A program made the translations under genes and the position numbers. Positions 26,106 through 35,696 of a stretch of 64,000 nt of DNA are shown one piece after another (the first letter of the stretch is position 1; each line of letters begins with the position of its first letter). Origin of the DNA: a virus. The notes under the pieces were generated by a model that had not been told where the DNA came from, ran no database searches, and saw only the letters and a program-made list of their open reading frames with translations. The stretch spans positions 64,001 to 128,000 of the IMG/VR virus record IMGVR_UViG_3300013004_000026; one strand, given 5' to 3'.

Positions 26106-28219
26106 TTCAGCTTCTTCACATACTGGTCCTGGCCAATAGCGTCTTGTGCATCGTGGCTGTCTTCTTCTGGCCAACAGTAGATATACTGTCCTGCAAAGTC
26201 TTTTACCAGCATCCAGCGAATGCCTGCGGCAGTGAACATGTGTGTTTGTGCTTTATATCCTGGCATGACATTTTCAAAGTCAATGTCGCCTGGGCCTAGA
26301 TCTCGTCCGTAGTCTTTAAGGAAGCCAGCCACTGCATTTACTTCTGCTGAACTGTTGGGTCCTTGCCCGCCTAGATTGGCCACCACATGTATGCGCTTGG
26401 TAGGTGTCATGGTTAGACTGCCAAACAGGCTCTTGCCCAGCTGGCGAATTTGATCTGCCATATTGCCCGGCAGGTTGGCCACTTGATGGAAGTCAGGATT
26501 CTGTACACCTGCTGCTTGCAGTGCTTGTCCTGCCACAGCTGGCAAGTTGGCTGTGTTCACTTCCACGCTAGGCAACTGCTCAGGTGGTTCCTCATCTGGA
26601 TATGCTTCTAAATCACGATCAACTTCAATGTTGCGCAGTTTACCCAGCATGTCTGCCATGTCGTCACTGCCAATGCCTGCGGTCCGGCTCAAGGTATCTT
26701 TTTGCTTGGCCTTTTTAATATTAACCTTGGGTTCATCCCCCAAGCCTGCTTTCTTTTTAAGATCGTCCAATGGATCTGTTCGTGCCAGTGGATGATCTTG
26801 ATCCTGTTGAAAAGGAATATCAAACTTGATATCAGGCTTGGTCTTGGTTGTGGTCTTGCGTGGACGCTCTGGAGGCTCTTCAAGTTCTGCTTCTCCTAAT
26901 TTTTCCCACGAGTCATTTGTGCTGGTATCGCCCGATGGATCTGTGTTCCATGCATCACATACTTCTTCATATGCGCCAAATAGATCACCCATTTCATCAT
27001 CATCAACACCATATTCGGCTTGCATTTGGTCATCATACTCGTCAAACCTTGAAGTAACTTGCAGTGCCTGTTTCAAAGTTAGCTTATGGCTCAAAGCAAA
27101 TTCAGCTATGGCACGAAAATTATATCTATTAGGATCCACACGGCTCCACAGGTATAGTGCCTGTGCTGTTTTTGGTGGTGTTTGAGCAGTGCCAAACAGC
27201 TCATCATCTGACTCTGCATCTGCTTCTGTTACACTTTCAGAAGGATTGGCTCCAGTAATACTCACAGACGCCTTTTTACCCTTGTTACGCAACGATCTTG
27301 CAATATTCTCTGCTTGTTGTTTGTCAGCAAATACTTTCCAGGTACGGCCATCTATAACCACTGCATAGTTATTTTGTTCTTCTTGGCCATAACCTTCATC
27401 GTCTTCGCGTTCACGACGTCCGCCTAGACTAGGTGCAGTTGGACTTGCAAAACCATGACTGTACCCGCGGTTGCCTTCTAAATGTAATTTCTTCATGTTT
27501 CTTGCAACTTCGCCCGGGCGCACATCCTTGGTCAAGCTCATGCTGTAGCGAGGATCATTCTTTTGTTTTTTGCTGGCAACTACACCAACCCCTGCGGCAT
27601 CTTCGGACATGCTTCTGGAAGGCCCGTATACAAATGCTTTTGGATTAAGTCCGTACTTGTCTGCAACAGCGGCAATAAATGATTCCACTTTGCTATTTGG
27701 AATCTGTGCGCCAACTTTCTTTTGAATTGGCATGTTGTTTTTGCCTTTGCCTTTGATATAGATATCAACTAACTGGTCTTTGGTAATGATAGCACCTTCG
27801 CCCATGCCTTGTTCACCAATGTATGCATACACATCACTGGCAATTTTTTCCAGCTCAGACAGTGCTCTACTGACCTTTTGCACAGGCTCCTTGTAGGCAA
27901 AATCTTTGATAGGATCATCGCTCATCTGATCATCATACTTGTCAAACAGTTTTGCAAACATCTTGGCATTGGAAAAAATAGCATCAATACCAAGGTCGTC
28001 TGCTTCTTCGGTTATGCTGTTATATGCTGCTTGTAGACGCTGATGCAGTTTGTCACGCATGCTTTTGTCACCAAACAGGTCAGCATCTGTATCAGTGCTT
28101 TCATTCTTGTTACGGCCTGCGCAATGCGCTCGTTGGCTGAAGCCCTTGGGGCTGGCACAGTTGATACTTTTCTTGTATTTCTGGCTCCACTCGTCGTTTA
28201 GGAAATCTTTGCTTTTCAT
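26102..28219 (-). CDS. acidic-tag polyprotein 2 (multi-module)
   Basis: MKSKDFLNDE; KNE-STDTDADLFG; VTE-ADAESDDELFG; further hydrophobic-X-E junctions (MGE, MSE, LGE). Confidence 0.8.
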   Translation of the reverse strand: MKSKDFLNDEWSQKYKKSINCASPKGFSQRAHCAGRNKNESTDTDADLFGDKSMRDKLHQRLQAAYNSITEEADDLGIDAIFSNAKMFAKLFDKYDDQMSDDPIKDFAYKEPVQKVSRALSELEKIASDVYAYIGEQGMGEGAIITKDQLVDIYIKGKGKNNMPIQKKVGAQIPNSKVESFIAAVADKYGLNPKAFVYGPSRSMSEDAAGVGVVASKKQKNDPRYSMSLTKDVRPGEVARNMKKLHLEGNRGYSHGFASPTAPSLGGRREREDDEGYGQEEQNNYAVVIDGRTWKVFADKQQAENIARSLRNKGKKASVSITGANPSESVTEADAESDDELFGTAQTPPKTAQALYLWSRVDPNRYNFRAIAEFALSHKLTLKQALQVTSRFDEYDDQMQAEYGVDDDEMGDLFGAYEEVCDAWNTDPSGDTSTNDSWEKLGEAELEEPPERPRKTTTKTKPDIKFDIPFQQDQDHPLARTDPLDDLKKKAGLGDEPKVNIKKAKQKDTLSRTAGIGSDDMADMLGKLRNIEVDRDLEAYPDEEPPEQLPSVEVNTANLPAVAGQALQAAGVQNPDFHQVANLPGNMADQIRQLGKSLFGSLTMTPTKRIHVVANLGGQGPNSSAEVNAVAGFLKDYGRDLGPGDIDFENVMPGYKAQTHMFTAAGIRWMLVKDFAGQYIYCWPEEDSHDAQDAIGQDQYVKKLK

Positions 28220-29241
28220 TTCAGTCCACCTGTAAAATCTCGTACTGCGTTTTGGAACCAGTCTTCGCTTTCTATATCATCGTCGTTCTTGAATCGTTCC
28301 CATGCATCTGTGAGTTCATGGAACTGCCCATTATCCAACATCCAGCCAAAATCGTTCAAGCCTTCCATGCCAGCAAATTCACGAATAATGATGTCAACCA
28401 CAAACGCCTGTCTAAATGGCTTTTTGGTGATGCGTACCACTTGATCAAACTGAGCATCTGTGTCACCTGCTTCTTGGTATTGTTTGTATTCTGTTCGTAT
28501 GTCAGGCACGCTCCAGCTCTGTTCCAGTTGGTTCAATATCTGTTTACCAACCTGATAGATCATGCCTTTCGCGCCTGCAGGCTGTGCACCAAACAGTTCG
28601 TCGTCATGGTCTTCAACAGCTTCATTGATAATATGTTCTGGTTTGACCTGATGTGGACTGATGTTCTTTTCCAAAGGCCAATCCACATTCTTGAACTTTA
28701 CTTGTACTACCAAGCGACCACTGGGTGTGAGTCTAACCACCTTCCCCTTGTAGTATTTGCCGTTGTCCCACTTGACCATGAGTCGGGTACCAGGCTGTAT
28801 GTTCAATGCATCACGCTGTGCTGTGCGACGAATGGTTTTACCTCGGAGTTCATGCCGGCGGTCTAGCTTAGGACTGGTGGAGAACAGGTCGTCATCATCT
28901 GCGCTTTCTGGAATTTGTTTCACATAGTCGCGAAAGTCCATGTCAAATTCTATGTCTATGACATCATCCACTGCACCTTTCCAGCTTCTATCTAGGCTGC
29001 GATAAACTTTCACTCCCATGGCCATGCTTTGATTAAAAGCGTCTGCTATGTACCGGTAGTTACTGGCTTGTTTGGCAAACTCAGCAGCATTTTCTAAATC
29101 GCCAAGGCCACGCTCTTCATCTGATACACGCTGGTCTTCTTCACTCTGTGCCAACAGAGCATTGGCAATGCGATGATGCAGACCGCGACCAAACAGGTCA
29201 TCGTCATCATCCTGGCTCTCAATGATCTCGTTATAGCGCAT
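28216..29241 (-). CDS. acidic-tag polyprotein 3 (3 modules, middle one Tudor/SH3-like)
   Basis: MRYNEIIE-SQDDDDDLFG; IPE-SADDDDLFS; INE-AVEDHDDELFG. Confidence 0.8.
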   Translation of the reverse strand: MRYNEIIESQDDDDDLFGRGLHHRIANALLAQSEEDQRVSDEERGLGDLENAAEFAKQASNYRYIADAFNQSMAMGVKVYRSLDRSWKGAVDDVIDIEFDMDFRDYVKQIPESADDDDLFSTSPKLDRRHELRGKTIRRTAQRDALNIQPGTRLMVKWDNGKYYKGKVVRLTPSGRLVVQVKFKNVDWPLEKNISPHQVKPEHIINEAVEDHDDELFGAQPAGAKGMIYQVGKQILNQLEQSWSVPDIRTEYKQYQEAGDTDAQFDQVVRITKKPFRQAFVVDIIIREFAGMEGLNDFGWMLDNGQFHELTDAWERFKNDDDIESEDWFQNAVRDFTGGLK

Positions 29242-30706
29242 GGCGGTCCTCGTTGGATTCGTCGCTTTCATACAGTTGATCATGAACCAATTCATTTAGT
29301 TCGCCGCTGTCATGATACATGTCATTGAGTTGGTCTAACTGTTCGTCAGTTAGTGGTTTGCCGTCCTGAGTTTCTGCATACACAATATGTGCATCCACAA
29401 AGTCAGGATAGTCTCTGCTATCAATGCCGTCTATTTCAATGCTGCGGCGGTTAATGTTTTCATGCCAGCGACGCCCAAACAGTTCGTCGTCATCTGTTTC
29501 TCTTAATCGGCTGCTACGATCCAAGTGTAGTATCAGATCATGTTCGCCACCACTGATACCAACCACACGAAAATTTTTGTGGTCTTCAATATAGTGATTT
29601 ATTATATCAACATCTTGCTCGGGATCATCACCATAAGAAAATCCAAGTGCTTGTAACTGATCTTCGTCATACTCATTGAATACATCACCAAATCTTATCC
29701 TAGGTGCTGCAAACAAGTCATCGTCATCATTGCTTTCGTCAATCGGGTTATCAGTTATTGGAAAATGCGCTACAGGCACTCCACTGTCGTTGTTCCCACG
29801 CTGTTTGTACACCGTGATGAAATCGTCATCACCCCAGCCATCTTCTAGATATATCGGAACTTGTTTTTTGGCATGTGCTATTGCTTCGCGTATGTCACTG
29901 AACATGCCAAGTATTTCGTCGTCGGGTGCCGAGACTACAAATACCTTTTGTTCACCATCACCAAACAGTTCATCGTCTGACTCAGCGCTTTCATTCATGC
30001 CATGTTCGTCAAACAGTTGCTCTAGACTGATGTCTGTTTCTTCTTCTAGCTCTGCGGCAATACGCTCCCACCACCAGTCTTCACTGTTGTCCTGCCACAT
30101 GATCAGTCCGGCCTGCATGCCCTGTCTAATAAAAGCATCTGCTACCTGTTTCAGTGTCTTGGCTTCTTCGCGAATGTCTTCTAGGTCGCTGTCGTATTCT
30201 TCGCCGTCACTTGGATCCAGGCCCGATATCTCTGCAGGATTGTTGCGCATGGTGTTGGCAAAACCCATGAGCCACTGTCCTATGCGACGGTGTACAGGAT
30301 CACCAAACAGTTCGTCATCGTCACTTTCGTCTAGTATGTTTGAAAATGGTGGCGGCACACGCACACTGAGCCACTCGGAACTGGTAAACTTGCATTCAAA
30401 GCCTTGACTTTCTAGCTCTGCTTTGATCTCATGTGCCACAGGTGGAGCCTGTGGCAGCTCATCATCTGGTCCTCTGTCATAGTTGCCAAACCAGAATGTG
30501 GCTGTGCCTCGTGCTGCTTTGGTAGGCTGTGCGCTCACCCGAACCTTAACTCCAAACTGATTCTTGGCTATGTCCCGTACACGATGCACTGTGCGCTGGT
30601 ACGGATTTTGTATCTGTTTGATTGATTGTTTTATGTTAGTAGACAGCTCACCTGGCTTACTAAACAAGTCATCGTCTGTGTTTTCAATCAGTTCACTGTA
30701 GCGCAT
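29231..30706 (-). CDS. acidic-tag polyprotein 4 (5 modules)
   Basis: LIE-NTDDDLFS; LDE-SDDDELFG; MNE-SAESDDELFG; IDE-SNDDDDLFA; LRE-TDDDELFG. Confidence 0.85.
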   Translation of the reverse strand: MRYSELIENTDDDLFSKPGELSTNIKQSIKQIQNPYQRTVHRVRDIAKNQFGVKVRVSAQPTKAARGTATFWFGNYDRGPDDELPQAPPVAHEIKAELESQGFECKFTSSEWLSVRVPPPFSNILDESDDDELFGDPVHRRIGQWLMGFANTMRNNPAEISGLDPSDGEEYDSDLEDIREEAKTLKQVADAFIRQGMQAGLIMWQDNSEDWWWERIAAELEEETDISLEQLFDEHGMNESAESDDELFGDGEQKVFVVSAPDDEILGMFSDIREAIAHAKKQVPIYLEDGWGDDDFITVYKQRGNNDSGVPVAHFPITDNPIDESNDDDDLFAAPRIRFGDVFNEYDEDQLQALGFSYGDDPEQDVDIINHYIEDHKNFRVVGISGGEHDLILHLDRSSRLRETDDDELFGRRWHENINRRSIEIDGIDSRDYPDFVDAHIVYAETQDGKPLTDEQLDQLNDMYHDSGELNELVHDQLYESDESNEDRHAL

Positions 30707-31979
30707 GACCCTGCTCCTGTAGTTTGGCTGTGTACTGTTTGGCCACCTGTTTCATCATGAAACGAAACAGTGGATCACGCACAGTGAGTTCAATGATGTG
30801 TGCCATTGCATCCTTGTGAATCTTCTGTCCTGATTGTACCAGAGCGTCTTTTAGTTTGGTAACCACAGTGCTTTGCTCTGCCACAGCTCGCAGAGCATCG
30901 TTGGTGCTCAACATACTTTCAATACGATCTTCATCACGAGCCAGTTCTGGTGTACCACTCAGCTGTTTCCAGAAATTGCCCATGGCCTTCACACACTGTG
31001 CCAGATAGTCACGCATGTCACCGGACAGTTCTTGTTTAACGGAATCAGGCAGTCGCACGCCGTAGCTGTCAAGACCTTTGAAACCAAATGCAATAATACG
31101 ATCAGCATACTGATCAATCAACTGGGTGGTGGCCTTCTGCACTTCAGGTGTGGCTTCAATCACAATGTTTTTGTATTCGTCGGACAACAGTGCAGGAATC
31201 ATGAACTGCTCTGCAGGCTTCTGCAGGATCTTGGTCAACACAGGAAAACGTGCCACCAATTTCTTCATACCGTTGTCACCAATCTGACGATCCTGTTCAT
31301 TCATGAACTGCTTGGTTTCAAAGTGAAACTGATACTTTTCGCCCGGATAAGCCTGCTGGCGTGGAATGATCACATACAGTGGACGATCGCCACGAGTGTA
31401 GTAATCATACATGTTGTTGTTCTTGCCTGCGGTACACCAGCGTGTGCCTTGACCGTAGTAGCAGGCAGCTTCCACATCATTGGGTACAGTAACAATCAGC
31501 TGATTGTCACGATACAGCTCTGTGGCATTTTTCTTTTCTTCTGGTTTGGATTCTGCTTCTTCGTCTGGATACTCGTCTACCACATCATAAAAAGACTCTA
31601 GATCTTTATATCGATTGAAGTCATTGCGTGGAGGTTGAATCTTTTTGCGACGTTTGAGTTTGTCAAACTTGGCAAGATAGTCTGCCAAGGTACTGGCAAC
31701 ATCTTCTAACTTGCTTTGCCCCATGGCATACAGTTTGGCAATGCTCTGACTGTATTCTTTATTGCGGGTGGGATCACCGCGTTCAATCCAGGTCAACAGA
31801 TAGTCCAGTACCTGTTCAGGATTTTTTTTCACAGTGTCTTTGATATTACCACCTGGTAACGCATTGTTATACTGTTGCACAAACCATGCATCTCTTACGG
31901 CCACTGCCAAGAGTTTTTCGCCATAGGCTGCTGCGGTCTTGCCGCGATCATATTCTAATAAAAATTCTAAACTTTTCAT
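30693..31979 (-). CDS. putative internal head protein with GTRWCTA motif
   Basis: MKSLEFLLE leader; ACYYGQGTRWCTAG, KYQFHFE. Confidence 0.75.
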   Translation of the reverse strand: MKSLEFLLEYDRGKTAAAYGEKLLAVAVRDAWFVQQYNNALPGGNIKDTVKKNPEQVLDYLLTWIERGDPTRNKEYSQSIAKLYAMGQSKLEDVASTLADYLAKFDKLKRRKKIQPPRNDFNRYKDLESFYDVVDEYPDEEAESKPEEKKNATELYRDNQLIVTVPNDVEAACYYGQGTRWCTAGKNNNMYDYYTRGDRPLYVIIPRQQAYPGEKYQFHFETKQFMNEQDRQIGDNGMKKLVARFPVLTKILQKPAEQFMIPALLSDEYKNIVIEATPEVQKATTQLIDQYADRIIAFGFKGLDSYGVRLPDSVKQELSGDMRDYLAQCVKAMGNFWKQLSGTPELARDEDRIESMLSTNDALRAVAEQSTVVTKLKDALVQSGQKIHKDAMAHIIELTVRDPLFRFMMKQVAKQYTAKLQEQGHALQ

Positions 31980-32959
31980 TGTATAATCTCAGTGTGTTGT
32001 CTTACATACAATTTGATCAACATACCAGCTGCCATGTCTGCTTGACTTTCAATATCAGCTAGGTCTTGGGTAGCGTATGTGTTGCCATCTTCGCGTTGCT
32101 TGTGATGTGCCAGTTCGTGAGCCACAGTACGCATGATATCAATCATGTTTCTATTTCCTGTGTACACCCACAGCTTGCCAGTGTCAGGTCTATAATAACC
32201 AGTACGATTCTGATCAGGCGCTTCTTTTTCCTGCTGAAATTCAATCCCTGGCAACGAGTCGGTGATGTGTAACTTTTTCTTGACCCAGCTGATAAAATGT
32301 CCCATTCTGTCAGGATCAAAAGATTCTTTGAGATCTTGATCCTGTGTGGCCACTGGTAAACTTCTATCTACACTTTTCAACTGTTGGGGTTGGTGTTCTA
32401 TTTCTTTACGGATGATGGCCATTGCTCTTTGCAGTCCCTTGAGTACAATTTCAAGACTGTCTTCATCTGCTTGATATTTTATACCCACACCGCCGGCTGC
32501 TTCCCAGGCAGTGATGTTGCTGCCCCGGTCATCTATTAGAACATTGGGTGTGCCATCGGGCTGAATGGCATGTTTGGCCTTGTTAGGCGTTATGATCACT
32601 TGTGCAGGCTGTGTGCTTAGATTTTCTTTCAACCAAACTTTTTTATGGTGTGCGCTGTTGGCATGATCGCCTCGCAAGGGGCTGGAGCAAATGTTGTAGT
32701 GCCCAAAAATTTTAATTACCATGTTTACCAAGGCATCTGCTGTGGGAAACTTTGGCAAACGAGCAAAGAAATCCGTACCAATCATTTTGTTCAGTGTAGG
32801 ATCAGTTTTGGCTGCAGGAATGTTTCTGTAGTTATAACGACCACTGCCGTCTTTGGGATTACCAGCAAGTTTGGCATACTCTTCAAAAAAGTCGCAGAGA
32901 ACTCCGTCCATGTCCAAGAACACTTCGCTTTTGCCTTTGAGAAATTCTTTACTCTGCAT
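31976..32959 (-). CDS. HAD 5'(3')-deoxyribonucleotidase fused to a zincin-like domain
   Basis: MQSKEFL leader; DMDGVLCDF, LIDDR; after an LKE junction a second domain with RTVAHELAHH...E. Confidence 0.85.
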   Translation of the reverse strand: MQSKEFLKGKSEVFLDMDGVLCDFFEEYAKLAGNPKDGSGRYNYRNIPAAKTDPTLNKMIGTDFFARLPKFPTADALVNMVIKIFGHYNICSSPLRGDHANSAHHKKVWLKENLSTQPAQVIITPNKAKHAIQPDGTPNVLIDDRGSNITAWEAAGGVGIKYQADEDSLEIVLKGLQRAMAIIRKEIEHQPQQLKSVDRSLPVATQDQDLKESFDPDRMGHFISWVKKKLHITDSLPGIEFQQEKEAPDQNRTGYYRPDTGKLWVYTGNRNMIDIMRTVAHELAHHKQREDGNTYATQDLADIESQADMAAGMLIKLYVRQHTEIIQ

Positions 32960-33767
32960 GTATAACTTTCAATATCACGGTGTTAAGATGGTTTTCTAGT
33001 TCTGTAAACAATTTGTGTTTTAGAGTGCTGCAAAAAAGTTCTGCATGAGCGGCTGCTCTTCGTTGAGCTATTCGCTTGTAACTGCTGGAGTCTACCCATT
33101 GTTTTATTTCATCAGCTAATGCTAAATTTCTAGCTTCATAGTTTTCCATCACTTCTAGTGATAATTTATTGACTATGTCTAATACCAATTTGTGCCAGTG
33201 CAAGGGCAGTTCGTCTAACAATGCATCCAACAGAATAACATGATTACCTTTTTTTAACTGTAGTCCAGACAGCATACATTTAGCATGATAATGTTCGCGA
33301 ATGAATCTAAAAAGAGTATCGTTGTCTATCCAACTGTTAGCAGACTCTACAAATTTTTGTACTACCATGGCATGCTTGATCTCTAGAATGTCTAGATCAA
33401 AATGCAAACTCAGTATCGGAATATTTTTCCGCACATCGTTTAGTTCAGGCATCTGGAGCCAAAATTCTAGATCTGGATGTTGTTGTCTAAACTGCAAAGG
33501 CGATACTGGGTTGTTGTTTTTGTTATTAATACAACTGCCATGCAACAGAGCTATTTTTGCATTTATATCAAAATAGCGTTGGTGGTCACTTACTGAATAT
33601 ATTGGTGCCATGCTCTGAACAAATTTTGACAAAAACTGTTGATGCTTGTAACACTTCTCAATCGGAATATCCTGTGATTCAAAAGTACCAACAGTGCTGC
33701 TATCGTTCAACACATGAACTGCAATACCATTCTGATTCAAAATTTGAGTGCGAACAAAGTCAACCAT
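32949..33767 (-). CDS. hypothetical protein (no leader motif)
   Basis: ORF track; overlaps both neighbours. Confidence 0.65.
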   Translation of the reverse strand: MVDFVRTQILNQNGIAVHVLNDSSTVGTFESQDIPIEKCYKHQQFLSKFVQSMAPIYSVSDHQRYFDINAKIALLHGSCINNKNNNPVSPLQFRQQHPDLEFWLQMPELNDVRKNIPILSLHFDLDILEIKHAMVVQKFVESANSWIDNDTLFRFIREHYHAKCMLSGLQLKKGNHVILLDALLDELPLHWHKLVLDIVNKLSLEVMENYEARNLALADEIKQWVDSSSYKRIAQRRAAAHAELFCSTLKHKLFTELENHLNTVILKVIHAE

Positions 33768-34473
33768 GCCGTTGCTCCAGACTCATTTCGCGTGTTTTGA
33801 TATCAGTTATACGCTGTTTGAGATCACCAAGATCTCCTTCGGCCCGCAAAATCTTGAAAACCAAGTTTTCAGGACTGAATTCTCCGCCCCGGGCCAGACC
33901 AGCCTTGCGCATGTCGCGTATGCTCTGCCATAGACTGTTTATGGTCATAGCGTCATCATCTTTGAGAGCTTGTGCTATTCTACCTTTGTAGGTTTTGTAC
34001 TTTTGTTCTACGCTGGCATCATCCACCGTGGCCTTGGTCTGCTTGGGTTTTTGAATCCAGCGATCGTTGAGCAAACTGAATATGCCCATGCTATGATGTG
34101 GCTGTTCAACATCCTGTACATAAAGTTCCACATCATACCCGTGAATCTTAAAGTCAAATTGGTCGTTGTACTGGTATTTTTTTGCGTCGAACAGTTCGCG
34201 AAGTTCTGGGTCATGTGCATCTGGTATTACCACAACCAAATGTAGATCAATATCGCTGTTGGGAGTGTAGGTGTAGGCTGCGTTTGATCCACTTACTGTA
34301 ATGTCCACTAGATCAAAATTTTCAACACCAATAAACTGCTGAAAATCTCTAGCAATCTTCAGCAGTTTGTTGCGCACATCAGGCAGCATTTGCCCGTCGC
34401 GCCATAGGGCAGGATTCAGTGATTCATGAAATATCACTGCCTGCGATAGCTTGTCAAATTCTTGTAAACGCAT
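33760..34473 (-). CDS. Pol-beta-family nucleotidyltransferase
   Basis: GSNAAYTY..SDIDLH, VELYVQD, RKAGL..GEFSPENLVFKILR; MRLQEF leader. Confidence 0.85.
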   Translation of the reverse strand: MRLQEFDKLSQAVIFHESLNPALWRDGQMLPDVRNKLLKIARDFQQFIGVENFDLVDITVSGSNAAYTYTPNSDIDLHLVVVIPDAHDPELRELFDAKKYQYNDQFDFKIHGYDVELYVQDVEQPHHSMGIFSLLNDRWIQKPKQTKATVDDASVEQKYKTYKGRIAQALKDDDAMTINSLWQSIRDMRKAGLARGGEFSPENLVFKILRAEGDLGDLKQRITDIKTREMSLEQRHG

Positions 34474-34475
34474 TG

Positions 34476-34510
34476 TTGCACCCTGATCGTGTATTTATTG
34501 CAGGATGCAA
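34476..34510 (-). promoter_or_regulatory. late promoter in the loop of an RBS-overlapping hairpin
   Basis: TTGCATCCTG-caaTAAATAcacgat-CAGGGTGCAA-ca-ATG. Confidence 0.6.
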
Positions 34511-34528
34511 TAGCTGTTAATTTGAAAA

Positions 34529-35119
34529 TTAGCGGTTTTCTAGCACCCGATCTGCTAGTCCATATGCAACTGCTTCGGTTGCGTTCATGAAAAAATCTCG
34601 TTCCATGTCAGCAGCGATTTCGTCAAATGTGCGCTCTGCACTGTTGTGCTGTACATACACATCTGTTAGAGTATGCTTCATTTTGAGTATTTCTCTAACC
34701 TGAATTTCCATGTCTGTGGCTTGCCCGCCAGCACCGCCCGAAGGCTGATGAATCATGTGTCTTGCATGAGGAAGTATGAGTCGTTTGCCCGCGGCGCCTG
34801 CTTGTGCTAATAAACTACCCATAGAACAGGCCTGCCCCATCACAATAGTACTCACACTTGGTTTGATAAATTGCATGGTATCATAGATGGCCATACCTGC
34901 TGTGACCACACCACCTGGGCTATTGATATAGAACAAGATGTCTGTGTCTGGATCTTCGCTTTCAAGATACAGTAGCTGAGCCACAATCAAACTGGCACTG
35001 TGTTCATTTACATCAGTGTCCAACATCACAATACGATCTTTGAGCAAACGACTGTACAAATCATAACTGCGTTCGCCTGCTGAAGTGCGTTCAAGCACCA
35101 TGGGTACCAAATGTGGCAT
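34529..35119 (-). CDS. clpP: ATP-dependent Clp protease proteolytic subunit
   Basis: [25 protein letters not shown] (Ser), MIHQP (His), ERD (Asp). Confidence 0.97.
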   Translation of the reverse strand: MPHLVPMVLERTSAGERSYDLYSRLLKDRIVMLDTDVNEHSASLIVAQLLYLESEDPDTDILFYINSPGGVVTAGMAIYDTMQFIKPSVSTIVMGQACSMGSLLAQAGAAGKRLILPHARHMIHQPSGGAGGQATDMEIQVREILKMKHTLTDVYVQHNSAERTFDEIAADMERDFFMNATEAVAYGLADRVLENR

Positions 35120-35180
35120 CGAAATCTCCTAGTTGAATTATAGTGAATTATAGTGAACTATAGTTAATTATAGCAGTGAT

Positions 35181-35696
35181 CTAGGTTTTGCGCAAGTCTT
35201 GATGGCGGAACCAGCGTTTTTGTCCATGAGACTGTTTGAGAGTCAGTTGCCAGTCTTCAAACACATCTCGCCAGAGAAAAAAACTTGGGCCATGAGCACC
35301 GCTGTTGAGATGCATTTCTCGTCCAAATCGTTCTTTATGATCCCAACGATATATGTCCCACTGCCATTGGTGTACCATTTCATGCGCCAGTGTGTTGCAA
35401 AACCATTGGGGACAAAACCACTTGTCATAAAGTTCTATGGTACACCAAGTTCCGTTTTTGTTCCAGCCGCCTTTGCGTTGTCGTGTGTCTTGCCAACTGC
35501 AACGACCCCAGGCCTTTTGCAAAGTGCCAAGTGTAATGTTAGGTTGGGTCAGGGCGTTGTCAAAAATGTAACGATTAATAGCCCTATATAATGAATCCAC
35601 TTCTTGTGGCTCAGGGCGATAGGGTAATTTTTTTTGAACACTGATGCCAGGCAATCCTGCGTTCATATATTGGGTTATTAAATGTGGACGCCCCAT
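35181..35696 (-). CDS. SprT-like metalloprotease
   Basis: TLAHEMVHQWQ, HGPSF. Confidence 0.85.
   Translation of the reverse strand: MGRPHLITQYMNAGLPGISVQKKLPYRPEPQEVDSLYRAINRYIFDNALTQPNITLGTLQKAWGRCSWQDTRQRKGGWNKNGTWCTIELYDKWFCPQWFCNTLAHEMVHQWQWDIYRWDHKERFGREMHLNSGAHGPSFFLWRDVFEDWQLTLKQSHGQKRWFRHQDLRKT

Noticed and set aside
25540-30690. ccaaacag(t/g)tc(g/a)tc(g/a)tc repeats as a DNA repeat, DGR or CRISPR feature
   Set aside because: In frame, synonymously variable and irregularly spaced, so explained by the peptide motif; no reverse transcriptase in the window.
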